From: Ruminococcus sp. UBA3855
GTDB lineage: Bacteria; Bacillota; Clostridia; Oscillospirales; Ruminococcaceae
Direction: 5' to 3'
DNA: 56,348 nucleotides
Assembly (NCBI GenBank): GCA_002392545.1
Contig: DGHF01000136.1
Location: 7,932-64,279, forward strand
Below are positions 9,124 to 17,855 of this stretch, one piece after another (positions within the stretch are counted from its first letter, which is position 1; every line of letters begins with the position of its first letter). The notes under the pieces were generated by a model. The model saw only the letters and a list, made by a program, of their open reading frames with translations, searched no databases and was not told the origin of the DNA. A program made the translations under genes and the position numbers.

Positions 9124-9645
9124 TTATTTCTTGACGTGCAATTGTGGAATTCTTTTCAGAATCAATTCATACACTGTCACGGATGCAGCCACGCCGAAAA
9201 TACCCTGTACCAGATTCGACGGAACGCCTGACAAAGCTGTAACGACTGACTGATACATGAAGCCTTCAAACACTGCATACCCTGCTACCATGATGATTTC
9301 TGCCACAACAGCGGCTGTGATTCTTGCCGGAAATGTGTTGATTTTCTCGCTCAATGCCTTGTAAATGGAATAGGATGCTAAAGCCATCAGTGACTTGACA
9401 ATCAATGTAATTGGTGCGTACACCATGTACCCTGATAAAATGTCCGCCAGTGCTGAACCGATTCCGGCGGCGGCTGTCCCCCATCCAGCCCCCAGAAGCC
9501 ATGCGGAAATGTTCACGAACGTGTCCCCTAAATTCAAATAGCCCTTTGTCGGGGTCGGAATGCGAATTAACATCGTGGCAACGGTCGTGAATGCCGTCAA
9601 CAGGGCGGTCAATACAAGGATTTGTGTTTTTTTGTGTTGCTTCAT
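9124..9645 (-). CDS. ECF transporter S component (substrate unknown)
   Basis: 173 aa with about 5-6 TM segments. The small integral-membrane pattern (LTALLTAFTTVATMLIRIP...LNLGDTFV...ALADILSGYMVYAPITLIVK) is typical of ECF S subunits. Confidence 0.65.
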   Translation of the reverse strand: MKQHKKTQILVLTALLTAFTTVATMLIRIPTPTKGYLNLGDTFVNISAWLLGAGWGTAAAGIGSALADILSGYMVYAPITLIVKSLMALASYSIYKALSEKINTFPARITAAVVAEIIMVAGYAVFEGFMYQSVVTALSGVPSNLVQGIFGVAASVTVYELILKRIPQLHVKK

Positions 9646-9683
9646 ATTGTTATCTTCCTTTCGTGTGAATTGTTTACAATCTG

Positions 9684-9712
9684 ATTATATCACAAAATTC
9701 ACCGTTTGTCAA
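9684..9712 (-). promoter_or_regulatory. Sigma-A-type promoter for the ECF S-component gene
   Basis: Minus strand TTGACA, 17-bp spacer, TATAAT with TGn. The leader is only about 35 nt. Confidence 0.6.
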
Positions 9713-9760
9713 TTAGTTATTTTCAATTACAATTCATCTGCTTTCTATATAATTACTATC

Positions 9761-9798
9761 AAAAAATCCCCCTGCTCCATGACGGAACAGGGGTTTTT
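9761..9798 (-). terminator. Intrinsic (bidirectional) terminator ending the defence-like cassette
   Basis: CCCCTG...CAGGGG stem extended by CTCC/GGA, flanked by A6 and T5, immediately after the stop at 9801. Confidence 0.7.
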
Positions 9799-9800
9799 GA

Positions 9801-10856
9801 TTATAATACATTCAAATCAAGCAATTCCTGATAAGAGAGACACTGCCAATGGGCAAGCGTGTTTCGGGCAATGCGCATATTTTTTAAACGCTGTAACTCG
9901 GAATCAGAAAGAAATTTATGTGTTCTGCAAATATAATATAACTGTCCGATTTCCAGCTCGTCGGGATTGTCAACCTTTTCACCATTGGAACTGGTGACAG
10001 GGAGATGATATTTCAGACGTTCTTCATACTTTTCAATCAAATCACGGCGGAATTTCTCTAATTTCGGGAATACAAACTTAATCTGTGCTTCCCATACTGC
10101 CATATCCACTTTTTCTTTGAGACTGGTCATTTTAATGCCATTCTCCTGAAATGTCTGGTTTGTGACCTGTACGGGCTTCTGTGCAAGCTCTAACTCTGCG
10201 GAAATCAGCAGTCCAGCGAGTTCAATATTATTGTCTGCGATATTGCTTGCCACTTCCGAAAGATACATTTTCTGCGTACGGTTGCAGGAAAGTGAAGAAA
10301 TCATGGTCATGCACAACATGAGACAGTCATAATCCGTGATGTAATCAGAATACTGCAAGACTTCCACATGTTCCGACGTATGCACCAGTGCATTTTTCGT
10401 CAGGAGAATAAACAGGGCATGCTCACTCTCCGCCGGACAGCTCCGGATATATCTGGAAATCGTATTGAACCAGTTTTCGGAATCCTCTGACGAAATTCCT
10501 GTCAAACATACAAACCGGTGATGAATCGGGGTCAGTGGATTTTTCGCCATAAATTCCTCACGGCTGTTATGTGTTGTGGGCCAGTATTTGTCTCGCTCAT
10601 CTTCACTGCAATAGCGTTTGAACAGGAATTCTCCGGCATCCTTTACACCGGATGCATCATGCACGTCAAAAGTTCTGGTGTCCATCATCTTGCCAAGTCT
10701 CTGACAAAGGGTATCTGTCAGAATGTCGCACCACGGCACTTCGTCCGTAAAATTGAGAATCACAGATTTTCCAAGCTCCAGATATTCTTCTGCATCACTC
10801 AGGAAACGGACGGCATTCGCCATTTTTTCCCACCAAAGTTCGCCTACCATGCTCAT
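9801..10856 (-). CDS. HEPN-motif protein (putative RNase effector) with N-terminal degenerate P-loop-like domain
   Basis: 351 aa. Its ATG overlaps the stop of the upstream giant ORF (ATGA at 10853-10856). The C-terminal RIARNTLAH contains an Rx4H motif (9849-9866) in a helical context. The N-terminal LELGKSVIL looks like a relic Walker A. Confidence 0.6.
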   Translation of the reverse strand: MSMVGELWWEKMANAVRFLSDAEEYLELGKSVILNFTDEVPWCDILTDTLCQRLGKMMDTRTFDVHDASGVKDAGEFLFKRYCSEDERDKYWPTTHNSREEFMAKNPLTPIHHRFVCLTGISSEDSENWFNTISRYIRSCPAESEHALFILLTKNALVHTSEHVEVLQYSDYITDYDCLMLCMTMISSLSCNRTQKMYLSEVASNIADNNIELAGLLISAELELAQKPVQVTNQTFQENGIKMTSLKEKVDMAVWEAQIKFVFPKLEKFRRDLIEKYEERLKYHLPVTSSNGEKVDNPDELEIGQLYYICRTHKFLSDSELQRLKNMRIARNTLAHWQCLSYQELLDLNVL

Positions 10857-13800
10857 GACTTATCCCCCTCTACAAAGTATTCTGCCATGCTCTGGTCAAC
10901 TTCTTCCTGACTGCCAAGCATTTCACGGAAACCTTCTGTTGCAAAACGATACCGCTCGCCCTCTAAGCTCAACACGTTCAAATCCCACATTTCATTCAGC
11001 AATTCTTCCATCTGCTCACGTTTGAGGGAAATCAGTCTCACAATGTTGTATTCATTGGCAACTTTCAGAATTTCATCCAGTGTATAGCCCTTTTCAGAAG
11101 GATTTGTATAATAAAGATATGAGAGAATCAATGCAATGATATGATAGTTACTGTGTCCCTTTTCTTCGACAAACAGGGTGATTTCCAGTTTTTCATTGAC
11201 TTTGTCCATGAAAGATTTATCTGCAAGCACTTTCTTGAAATGGTTTTCTGTTACTTCATAAGACGGGGTATTGATTTCGTTATAGCCTGCATAATCATCA
11301 TTTTTCATTGCTTCCAGCAGTTTCTGACAGTACAGCTGAATCAGTCCAGGGAAATAGTTGGTTTTGGCAAGAATCAGGGAAATGACATTTTCATTGAAAC
11401 GGAATCCCAAATAAGCCAATGTATGTGTCAGGAGCTTCACGGCTTCCGGTCTCTGGAATGGTCTGACAATGACGGAATTCAGATGCACAAGGTTGGAATT
11501 TCCGTGCAGCATTGCTTCACGGTTGTAACGGCTGAGGTTATGCAGACCAGCCATGACAAGCTTGAAACGGTTGGACGGGAGGTTTTTCAGTGCGCCAATA
11601 GGTCTGTTTCCGTCTTCCATGCTGGTCTTGATAAATTCGTCCGCTTCGTCAAGCATCAGCAACAGATAATTGATTCTGGTTGCAGGGTCATTGTCCATAA
11701 GCCGTTTTTTGAGGTGTCCTGCGAGCGTGTCCCAATCATCACAACGACAGGATTCATCAAGAATTCCGGCGATAATCAATTCATTCGAAACAATTTTCGC
11801 AACATCTGTATAATTCAGTCCGAGAACTTCCACAAGGACAGCCCTGTCACCGTTGGCGTTTTTGTCAATGTTGTGCTGTGCCATTTTGAGCAGTGCACTC
11901 TTGCCCAGCTGGCGACCGCCGTAAACAAGGTTTGCACCGTCGGCGGATTCAATCGAGGTGAGTTCTGCTTCACGCCCTGTGAACAGCTCCGGAGGCATTG
12001 TCTGGCTTGACTTCTCCACAAACGGCTGATAATATGCAAAGGGCATTGTAATTGCCATTAACATTTTATTGACCGTATTTGAAGCGTAATGTTTCGCAAG
12101 ATACAGCAATACTACACGGTCAACCACAATAAAGCACTTCGCAAATGTCTTTTCTTCCTTGATTTTTCTGGCAAGCTTTCTTCTTTCGTCCTGATTCAGC
12201 GCATAATCAAGGAATACCATTGTATGCTTGGCTGCGGTGTTGACACTGCGGAACATATCCATTAAACGGTTACAGTCGAAACGTCCATACAGACAAAGCA
12301 CTCTGAAACCTTCTTCCTCGGAAAGGGAACTGAATGCCGGAATCGGGTGGGGGTAATTGATTTTACCAGTCTGTTTCTTGCGGATAACCAAATAAGAATC
12401 TTCATTGTTTCCGTTGTCAGGCGAAACCTGACAGCCCGAAAATCCTAACGAATTCAGGAGCTTTTCAATGCGGTCTGCTCCTGTCGGATTTGCTGCAATC
12501 CAATTATGAATCAGACTGCAACCGCCCTTGACATCCTTCATGGCGTTGTTGGTGAGGTGCTTCATGGCGAATTCAAGATTTTTCTTTCCGACATATTTTG
12601 TAATTGCCAATTCCAGATTGATTTTTGCATCAAAGGAAACACGGTAATTGGTTGCATGTTCATTCATGAAACCATTGAAAAAGCTGAATGGGTCAGTTGT
12701 ATAATTCATGGTTAATTCTTTGGTGTCATGTCTTCTGATGCAGTTGAGCATATATTCTGCAACAGTGTAATTCTGGTCTTGAATATGGGAAGCAATGTCT
12801 TTTTTCGGGTAAACACCGAAATCATATTCGGGCTTGTCAGCAAGTTCCTCCAGCTGTTTCATGAGCCGTTCACCCTTTTCGGCGGAATCCACTGCAATCT
12901 TGTGGCGAATGACTTCCAGCATTCTGACATAGAATCCAAAATCACTTGTCAGCCTTGTGATACGATACCAGTCAAGCGTTAATGCAAGAATATTTGTTTT
13001 TTCGCCGTTGATGTTGGAAAGTGTGCCGTAACTCTCATATAATTCCAGTTCGTCATTGAAATCATGATAGAGTGTTTCAAAACGCTGTTTCGCCTGTTTC
13101 AGACAGTCATTGAACTGCTGGAAATCCTTATGCTTGGCGATTTCTTCAATGCCCATATCTTCACCGTAGGACTTAATCAGCATTGCACTGCGGAAATTAT
13201 GCTTTGATTCTACTTCACTGAGAATTTCAGAAATACGCTCTTCCCATGAAACATGCTTATGCCCTGCATGACGTTCAATTCTGTAAAGAATGTTGAAATC
13301 CTCCCAGCCACAGAATGTTGACTGCAATTCAGGCAGGTACTTTTCATTCAGAAGAATGTCTTCCCCTGCAAGGAAATCAATGAACATATACTTCCTTGCA
13401 CGTGTATCATATGTTCCGTTCATCTTTGCAGAAATTTCCTGAGCGGTTCTATAAATTGCTTCTGTTCCCCAGTCAAAACCATGTTTCTTTGTGTACTGTT
13501 CACAGGATTCAAGGACGCCTTTGAGGTGTTCGGTTATCCGTGGTGCAACTTCCTGATATTTCTCTTTTGCAAAAACATTGTCATTTCTGTTGAAATGTTC
13601 TGCAATCGAAAGCCATTCACAGATACACACCAGCATTTTCCGGATGGTCAGGACAATATTATTCCGCTTTCCGCCCTTGATTTTGTCGTAAGGTCTGGAA
13701 ATATGACGTTTTTCGCTTTGAATGAGGTCACGGGCTTCATCCCAGAAATTATCAATGAACTTGTCAATTTTCTTGCTTTCAATATGTTCAGCAGATACCG

Positions 13801-16567
13801 GTCTGTCATTACGGATGAACAATTCTGAAATGGTATCTCTTACCTCGGCGAAACGTGAAACATCATTTTGTACCACAATGTCCAGACACTGCCGGAGTTT
13901 ACTGCTTTCCGGTGCGAACATGAGTTCACGCATCCTGCGGACTTGTCCCTGACTCTCGTAAACTTCATTTTTCAAATCAACAGCAGTTGCGCAGGTCTTG
14001 GCTTCTGCAATGACCTTTTGCACAACAGCATCACTGGTTCTGTAATCGGCGAAAATATCCATCCCACAGCCTGTCATGGTGCGGAAATCACAAAGTTCGT
14101 CAAGGAGTAATGTCAATGTCGGGAAATCGCTGGAAATTTCGCTGTTTTCCGCCAGCTCCCGAAGGTCTTCAATGGTATAATCCATCACTTCGGAATGATT
14201 GAATAAAGCCGTCATGCAGGATGCCGTCATCAGCTTGTCATTCAGTTCCGGAATAATAGTACTTGTCTCCTGAAAAGCAGAAATAATTTCCGTGCTGAGG
14301 TAGGAATTTTCAGAAAGAGGGCTGTTAAATGCCAGACTGAAAGATTTTTCCACTGCCGGAATTGTCTGAGATACAGCAACCACTTCCCCTGTTTCGTCGG
14401 TATGCTCCTGTCCGGAGGATACTGCCAGCATGGAGGCAGATTTCAGGTAGGTCAGCAGACAATCGAGATGCTGTTTATCAAATGCAAATGCATGTCTGAA
14501 AATATCCTCGTCGGTCATATTTAATGTGTCGAAACCGTCCGTATCCTGATACGCTTCGAATGCTTCACGGAGTGTTTCAGCCGATTCTTCGGAAATCAAT
14601 TCTTGTTCGGAATCATCTTCCTGAATTTCTTCGTCAAAATCTTCCTCATAGGAAACTTTTTCCTCTTCCTCCTGCTTTTTCTTGATTTTTTCGATTTCTC
14701 TCAGGACTTCCCTTTTCTTTTCGCAGGCAGCAGAGAGTTTTGCATATTTTTCAGCGTTTTCATACTCGCCGTTTTCAAAATACACTTCTGCCAGTTCAAT
14801 GTAAATTGTAGTATCTCTCTGCTTATAGCGTTCTGTCATCTTGTTGCGCTTGACAACATCCAGCCAGTCAAGCAACTGACCAATTGCAGAGGGATAGTCT
14901 TTCAGCATCCGGTAACAATGCTCTTTTCCTGCCAGATAATGGAGAATTCTTCCCAATTCATCTGAACCGCAGGATTCCATGAGCATATTCAGCAGGCGGA
15001 TGCATTCAGAATAATTCTGAATTTTCATGTAATATTGGTAAAGCATTTCCAGCGTTTTAGGCTGATGGAAAGACTTGTCAAAATATTCTGCCACAAATTT
15101 TTCCAGTTCGGAACGGTATGTGCCGTTGTCGTCTCCGTTGGAATTCCACAACGCAAGATAACACATGATAATCCGTGAAAATGCCTCTTCTGCGCTGTCT
15201 CCGTCCAGTTTTTTCCGATAAGCCTCAATGGCTTCATCATAACGCTTTTCGGAATAAAGCTGTTTTGCATCTTCCACTTCTTCATTGACCGGCGCAGGGG
15301 CTGTTTTTTTATCCCCGAACCATTGCTGAATGTCCACAGCTACAAAACGACTGAACCGCTTTTCAAACTGGAATACAATCGAAATCGGGGAAAGTGCTTT
15401 ATTGGAGGAAAGTCTTTTCAGCCTTGCCGTCAGTCCGGCATCAGCAACATCTTTCAGCTCAAAAGAATACCGGAGACCAGTTTCTTCTTCTACTTTTCCA
15501 TTGTTTTCAAATATATTATAAGAAACAATTTTACCAAAATATTTTTTACCAATTACAGGGGAAAGATTGTCTATGATAGTAACCTCACTGGGGACAGGGG
15601 GTGCTTCCTGAACCTCTTCTTCGTTTCCGACTTCTGTCATATTGGAAACATGCTCTTCAATTTCCTTGATAACATCATCCATCGGATACCGCAGACGAAT
15701 AACTTTCAGGCATTTTTCAAAATCGCTGATTTCTTCAATTCTCTGTGCACATTCACTGCCGATGAATTTTACCAGATGCAAAATTTCCTCTTTTGCTTCC
15801 TCAGTATAATCTTTTTTCAAGATGTAAGTGATACCAGAAATATCTTTCGTTTCTGAACAAGCTTTTTTCAGAACTTCCGCTGCTTCTGCAAGATAGACAG
15901 AACTTCCTTCTGTCATGTAAAGTGATGAAAACGCAGCAGCAAGAGAATACAAAGGCTTGCTTTCAGATGGTTTCATTTTCAATGCGCCATGATAGGCGGA
16001 AAGATACGCACTCCTTGTATCTTTTGCATAGAAAAATGAAATTGCTGCATCTTGGAAATTTTCCAGCAATAACTGCACCCACGCATAATAATGGTTGACA
16101 CGAGGGTTATAATCCCATTCATTTTTTAACATGATATCCCATATCAGTTCTGCTGCTTCCTGACACTTTGTCACTTCATGACTCTTAAAAAAACTTTGAC
16201 ATTTGTCATGTGAAGAAGTCAAAGCCTTTCTTTCCTCCGGATTCATTGCCTTAAATGTTTCTGCAACAATTTCCTTGGTACAGGTAACTTTTCCGATTTC
16301 CACCTCTTTCGTGCTTTCTTCTGGCTGTGCAGAAATCATTGGTTCTGCAATGGTGTTAATGATAGGCTGAATCATGTTTCCAAAATTCTCTTCTATCATT
16401 GCAATCTGTTCATATTTCAGCGTTGCCAATGACGTAATCTGAACAGAAAGCGTTTCCTTTCCGTCGTTTTCTGACACAATGCCGTCAATCATTTGTCCGT
16501 TTTTCTGCGTGAACCGCACTCTCTCCCCTGTTTTCAGGGCTGACAGTTTCTTTTCTATCAGGTTCAT
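10853..16567 (-). CDS. Giant TPR-repeat / C-terminal P-loop NTPase (Arch_ATPase/ORC-like, STAND-style) protein
   Basis: 1904-aa uninterrupted ORF; AGGAGG RBS 9 nt upstream. FTGREAEL...GGRQLGKS Walker A (11897-11920) and LLLMLDEAD Walker B (11639-11665). TPR-like repeats at about aa 431-615, acidic linker at aa 629-662, beta-barrel-like modules near the N-terminus. Confidence 0.8.
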   Translation of the reverse strand: MNLIEKKLSALKTGERVRFTQKNGQMIDGIVSENDGKETLSVQITSLATLKYEQIAMIEENFGNMIQPIINTIAEPMISAQPEESTKEVEIGKVTCTKEIVAETFKAMNPEERKALTSSHDKCQSFFKSHEVTKCQEAAELIWDIMLKNEWDYNPRVNHYYAWVQLLLENFQDAAISFFYAKDTRSAYLSAYHGALKMKPSESKPLYSLAAAFSSLYMTEGSSVYLAEAAEVLKKACSETKDISGITYILKKDYTEEAKEEILHLVKFIGSECAQRIEEISDFEKCLKVIRLRYPMDDVIKEIEEHVSNMTEVGNEEEVQEAPPVPSEVTIIDNLSPVIGKKYFGKIVSYNIFENNGKVEEETGLRYSFELKDVADAGLTARLKRLSSNKALSPISIVFQFEKRFSRFVAVDIQQWFGDKKTAPAPVNEEVEDAKQLYSEKRYDEAIEAYRKKLDGDSAEEAFSRIIMCYLALWNSNGDDNGTYRSELEKFVAEYFDKSFHQPKTLEMLYQYYMKIQNYSECIRLLNMLMESCGSDELGRILHYLAGKEHCYRMLKDYPSAIGQLLDWLDVVKRNKMTERYKQRDTTIYIELAEVYFENGEYENAEKYAKLSAACEKKREVLREIEKIKKKQEEEEKVSYEEDFDEEIQEDDSEQELISEESAETLREAFEAYQDTDGFDTLNMTDEDIFRHAFAFDKQHLDCLLTYLKSASMLAVSSGQEHTDETGEVVAVSQTIPAVEKSFSLAFNSPLSENSYLSTEIISAFQETSTIIPELNDKLMTASCMTALFNHSEVMDYTIEDLRELAENSEISSDFPTLTLLLDELCDFRTMTGCGMDIFADYRTSDAVVQKVIAEAKTCATAVDLKNEVYESQGQVRRMRELMFAPESSKLRQCLDIVVQNDVSRFAEVRDTISELFIRNDRPVSAEHIESKKIDKFIDNFWDEARDLIQSEKRHISRPYDKIKGGKRNNIVLTIRKMLVCICEWLSIAEHFNRNDNVFAKEKYQEVAPRITEHLKGVLESCEQYTKKHGFDWGTEAIYRTAQEISAKMNGTYDTRARKYMFIDFLAGEDILLNEKYLPELQSTFCGWEDFNILYRIERHAGHKHVSWEERISEILSEVESKHNFRSAMLIKSYGEDMGIEEIAKHKDFQQFNDCLKQAKQRFETLYHDFNDELELYESYGTLSNINGEKTNILALTLDWYRITRLTSDFGFYVRMLEVIRHKIAVDSAEKGERLMKQLEELADKPEYDFGVYPKKDIASHIQDQNYTVAEYMLNCIRRHDTKELTMNYTTDPFSFFNGFMNEHATNYRVSFDAKINLELAITKYVGKKNLEFAMKHLTNNAMKDVKGGCSLIHNWIAANPTGADRIEKLLNSLGFSGCQVSPDNGNNEDSYLVIRKKQTGKINYPHPIPAFSSLSEEEGFRVLCLYGRFDCNRLMDMFRSVNTAAKHTMVFLDYALNQDERRKLARKIKEEKTFAKCFIVVDRVVLLYLAKHYASNTVNKMLMAITMPFAYYQPFVEKSSQTMPPELFTGREAELTSIESADGANLVYGGRQLGKSALLKMAQHNIDKNANGDRAVLVEVLGLNYTDVAKIVSNELIIAGILDESCRCDDWDTLAGHLKKRLMDNDPATRINYLLLMLDEADEFIKTSMEDGNRPIGALKNLPSNRFKLVMAGLHNLSRYNREAMLHGNSNLVHLNSVIVRPFQRPEAVKLLTHTLAYLGFRFNENVISLILAKTNYFPGLIQLYCQKLLEAMKNDDYAGYNEINTPSYEVTENHFKKVLADKSFMDKVNEKLEITLFVEEKGHSNYHIIALILSYLYYTNPSEKGYTLDEILKVANEYNIVRLISLKREQMEELLNEMWDLNVLSLEGERYRFATEGFREMLGSQEEVDQSMAEYFVEGDKS

Positions 16568-16620
16568 TCAAAAATACCTCCTGTTGAAAATATTCCCACC
16601 AAATATAGTGAGACAATTTT

Positions 16621-16649
16621 ATTATACACTATTCCAACAAAAAAGTCAA
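16621..16649 (-). promoter_or_regulatory. Sigma-A-type promoter of the giant NTPase gene
   Basis: Minus strand TTGACT, 17-bp spacer, TATAAT, lying between the WYL gene stop (16710) and the giant ORF start (16567). Confidence 0.6.
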
Positions 16650-16675
16650 TATTAAGTTCAGAAAATTTATTTCTA

Positions 16676-16685
16676 TTTGCGCAAA
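16676..16685. promoter_or_regulatory. Perfect 10-bp palindrome, candidate operator
   Basis: TTTGCGCAAA, about 27 bp upstream of the -35 of the giant-gene promoter. Function is inferred only. Confidence 0.25.
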
Positions 16686-16709
16686 ATTCAACAGAGAGTT
16701 ATTTTTTCA

Positions 16710-17684
16710 TCAAACTTCACCATATAAACGTTTCATCTTTTCGATTTCCGTTTTCATCTCATCAACGAAACTTTGAGGGGAAAGCACTTTCACCCATGCC
16801 CCTTGTGAAAGGAGATACATCATCAGCCCACGACCATTATTCACATCAGCTTCAATGGTGTAGGTTCTTCCGTCCTTGGATGTGATTTTTGCAGTGGGGA
16901 GGCGGTCAAGAATCGCCTGCACTGACAAGCCCGTGAATTCAAATACTACCTTGATTCCTTCCCCCGGAAACATGAACTGACTTTTTTCCCGAAGACTGCC
17001 TTCATCAAAATCGTATTCCGGCGCAAGGGTGAAACGATTCCGGTTTTCCGTGATGGAGAAAATACGGTCAATCCGGAAATAGCGGGGGCTGAAAGTTTCG
17101 TCATCTTCCTGATAGGCAATCAGGTAAAAATAATATTCACTGAACATAATCGCAAGGGGCTTGATTTTGCGCTTGATTTCGCTCCTGTCCATCTTGAAAT
17201 AAGAAATCGTGATAATGTGTTTGTCTTCGATTGCCTGCACAATCCGCCATAAATTATCAATCAAGGAATGACAGTCCATTTTCACCTCATTATAATGGTA
17301 GACTTCTTTCCGGATTAGGTTGTCAAAACTTGTCCTGTTTTCAATGGTGCTGAAATTTTTGAGTTTTGAAATCAGGTTCAGAATCTCATGCTTCGAAAAG
17401 CAACGGCTTCCCAGCAATACTTCAATAATTGCAAAAAGTTCCTTGTTTTTGAGAAATTCGTCATTTGTGAGAATATAGGACTTGTCACGGTGAGAATAGG
17501 TCAGTTCTGCATTCTGCATCAATTCTCTGTGTTCGGTCAGGAATGACTGAATTTCTGTCACGTCACGGCTGATACTTTTGGTTGAAACATGGTATTCCTC
17601 AGAAAGCTTTTTCGGGGAAATTTTCTCTCCCTTCAATGCTCTGAAAAAAATCTCAAGAATACGCTCATTTTTCTGATGTTCCAC
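16710..17684 (-). CDS. WYL-domain transcriptional regulator (HTH-WYL-C-terminal extension; BrxR/CapW-like architecture)
   Basis: 324 aa with a GTG start and an AAAGGAG RBS 9 nt upstream. N-terminal HTH (ISPKKLSEEYHVSTKSISRDVTEI). WYL-type core (ITISYFKMDR...YYFYLIAYQEDDETFSPRYFRIDRIFSI). Confidence 0.8.
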   Translation of the reverse strand: MEHQKNERILEIFFRALKGEKISPKKLSEEYHVSTKSISRDVTEIQSFLTEHRELMQNAELTYSHRDKSYILTNDEFLKNKELFAIIEVLLGSRCFSKHEILNLISKLKNFSTIENRTSFDNLIRKEVYHYNEVKMDCHSLIDNLWRIVQAIEDKHIITISYFKMDRSEIKRKIKPLAIMFSEYYFYLIAYQEDDETFSPRYFRIDRIFSITENRNRFTLAPEYDFDEGSLREKSQFMFPGEGIKVVFEFTGLSVQAILDRLPTAKITSKDGRTYTIEADVNNGRGLMMYLLSQGAWVKVLSPQSFVDEMKTEIEKMKRLYGEV

Positions 17685-17719
17685 ATTGTACAGCTCCTTT
17701 CTTTATCTGATATAATTTT

Positions 17720-17728
17720 ATTATACCA
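17720..17728 (-). promoter_or_regulatory. Possible extended -10 promoter for the WYL regulator gene
   Basis: Minus strand TGGTATAAT with no good -35. Confidence 0.3.
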
Positions 17729-17807
17729 TCCGACCCCGACATATGGGTGTCCGTTCATAAAAAATTTACAATTGTATTTCGAAACAGAAACGAAAGCTGT
17801 ATTTTGC

Positions 17808-17836
17808 TTGACGTTTCGGGCAATTTGTGATATACT
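17808..17836 (+). promoter_or_regulatory. Sigma-A-type promoter for the lipoprotein gene
   Basis: TTGACG, 17-bp spacer, TATACT with TGn (TGATATACT). Confidence 0.6.
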
Positions 17837-17855
17837 GATATTGGAGGTGTTACGA

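Noticed and set aside
9646-9760. Possible vitamin riboswitch upstream of the ECF S-component gene
   Set aside because: The predicted promoter leaves a leader of only about 35 nt, too short for a riboswitch. Only a small 5-2-5 inverted repeat (ATTGT-AA-ACAAT) is present.
11141-15856. Plus-strand ORFs inside the giant gene (11141-12010 at 289 aa, 15323-15856 at 177 aa, and several of 60-120 aa)
   Set aside because: They are antisense shadow ORFs of a long, continuous, motif-bearing minus-strand ORF. Their translations are low-complexity and F/I/C-rich, with no RBS.
17589-17855. 5' extension of the lipoprotein ORF (the track gives a 589-aa ORF from 17589)
   Set aside because: The extension overlaps the WYL gene start on the opposite strand, runs through a good promoter (17808-17836) and has no RBS. 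ATG 17856 has a GGAGGTG RBS and begins a textbook lipoprotein signal peptide.
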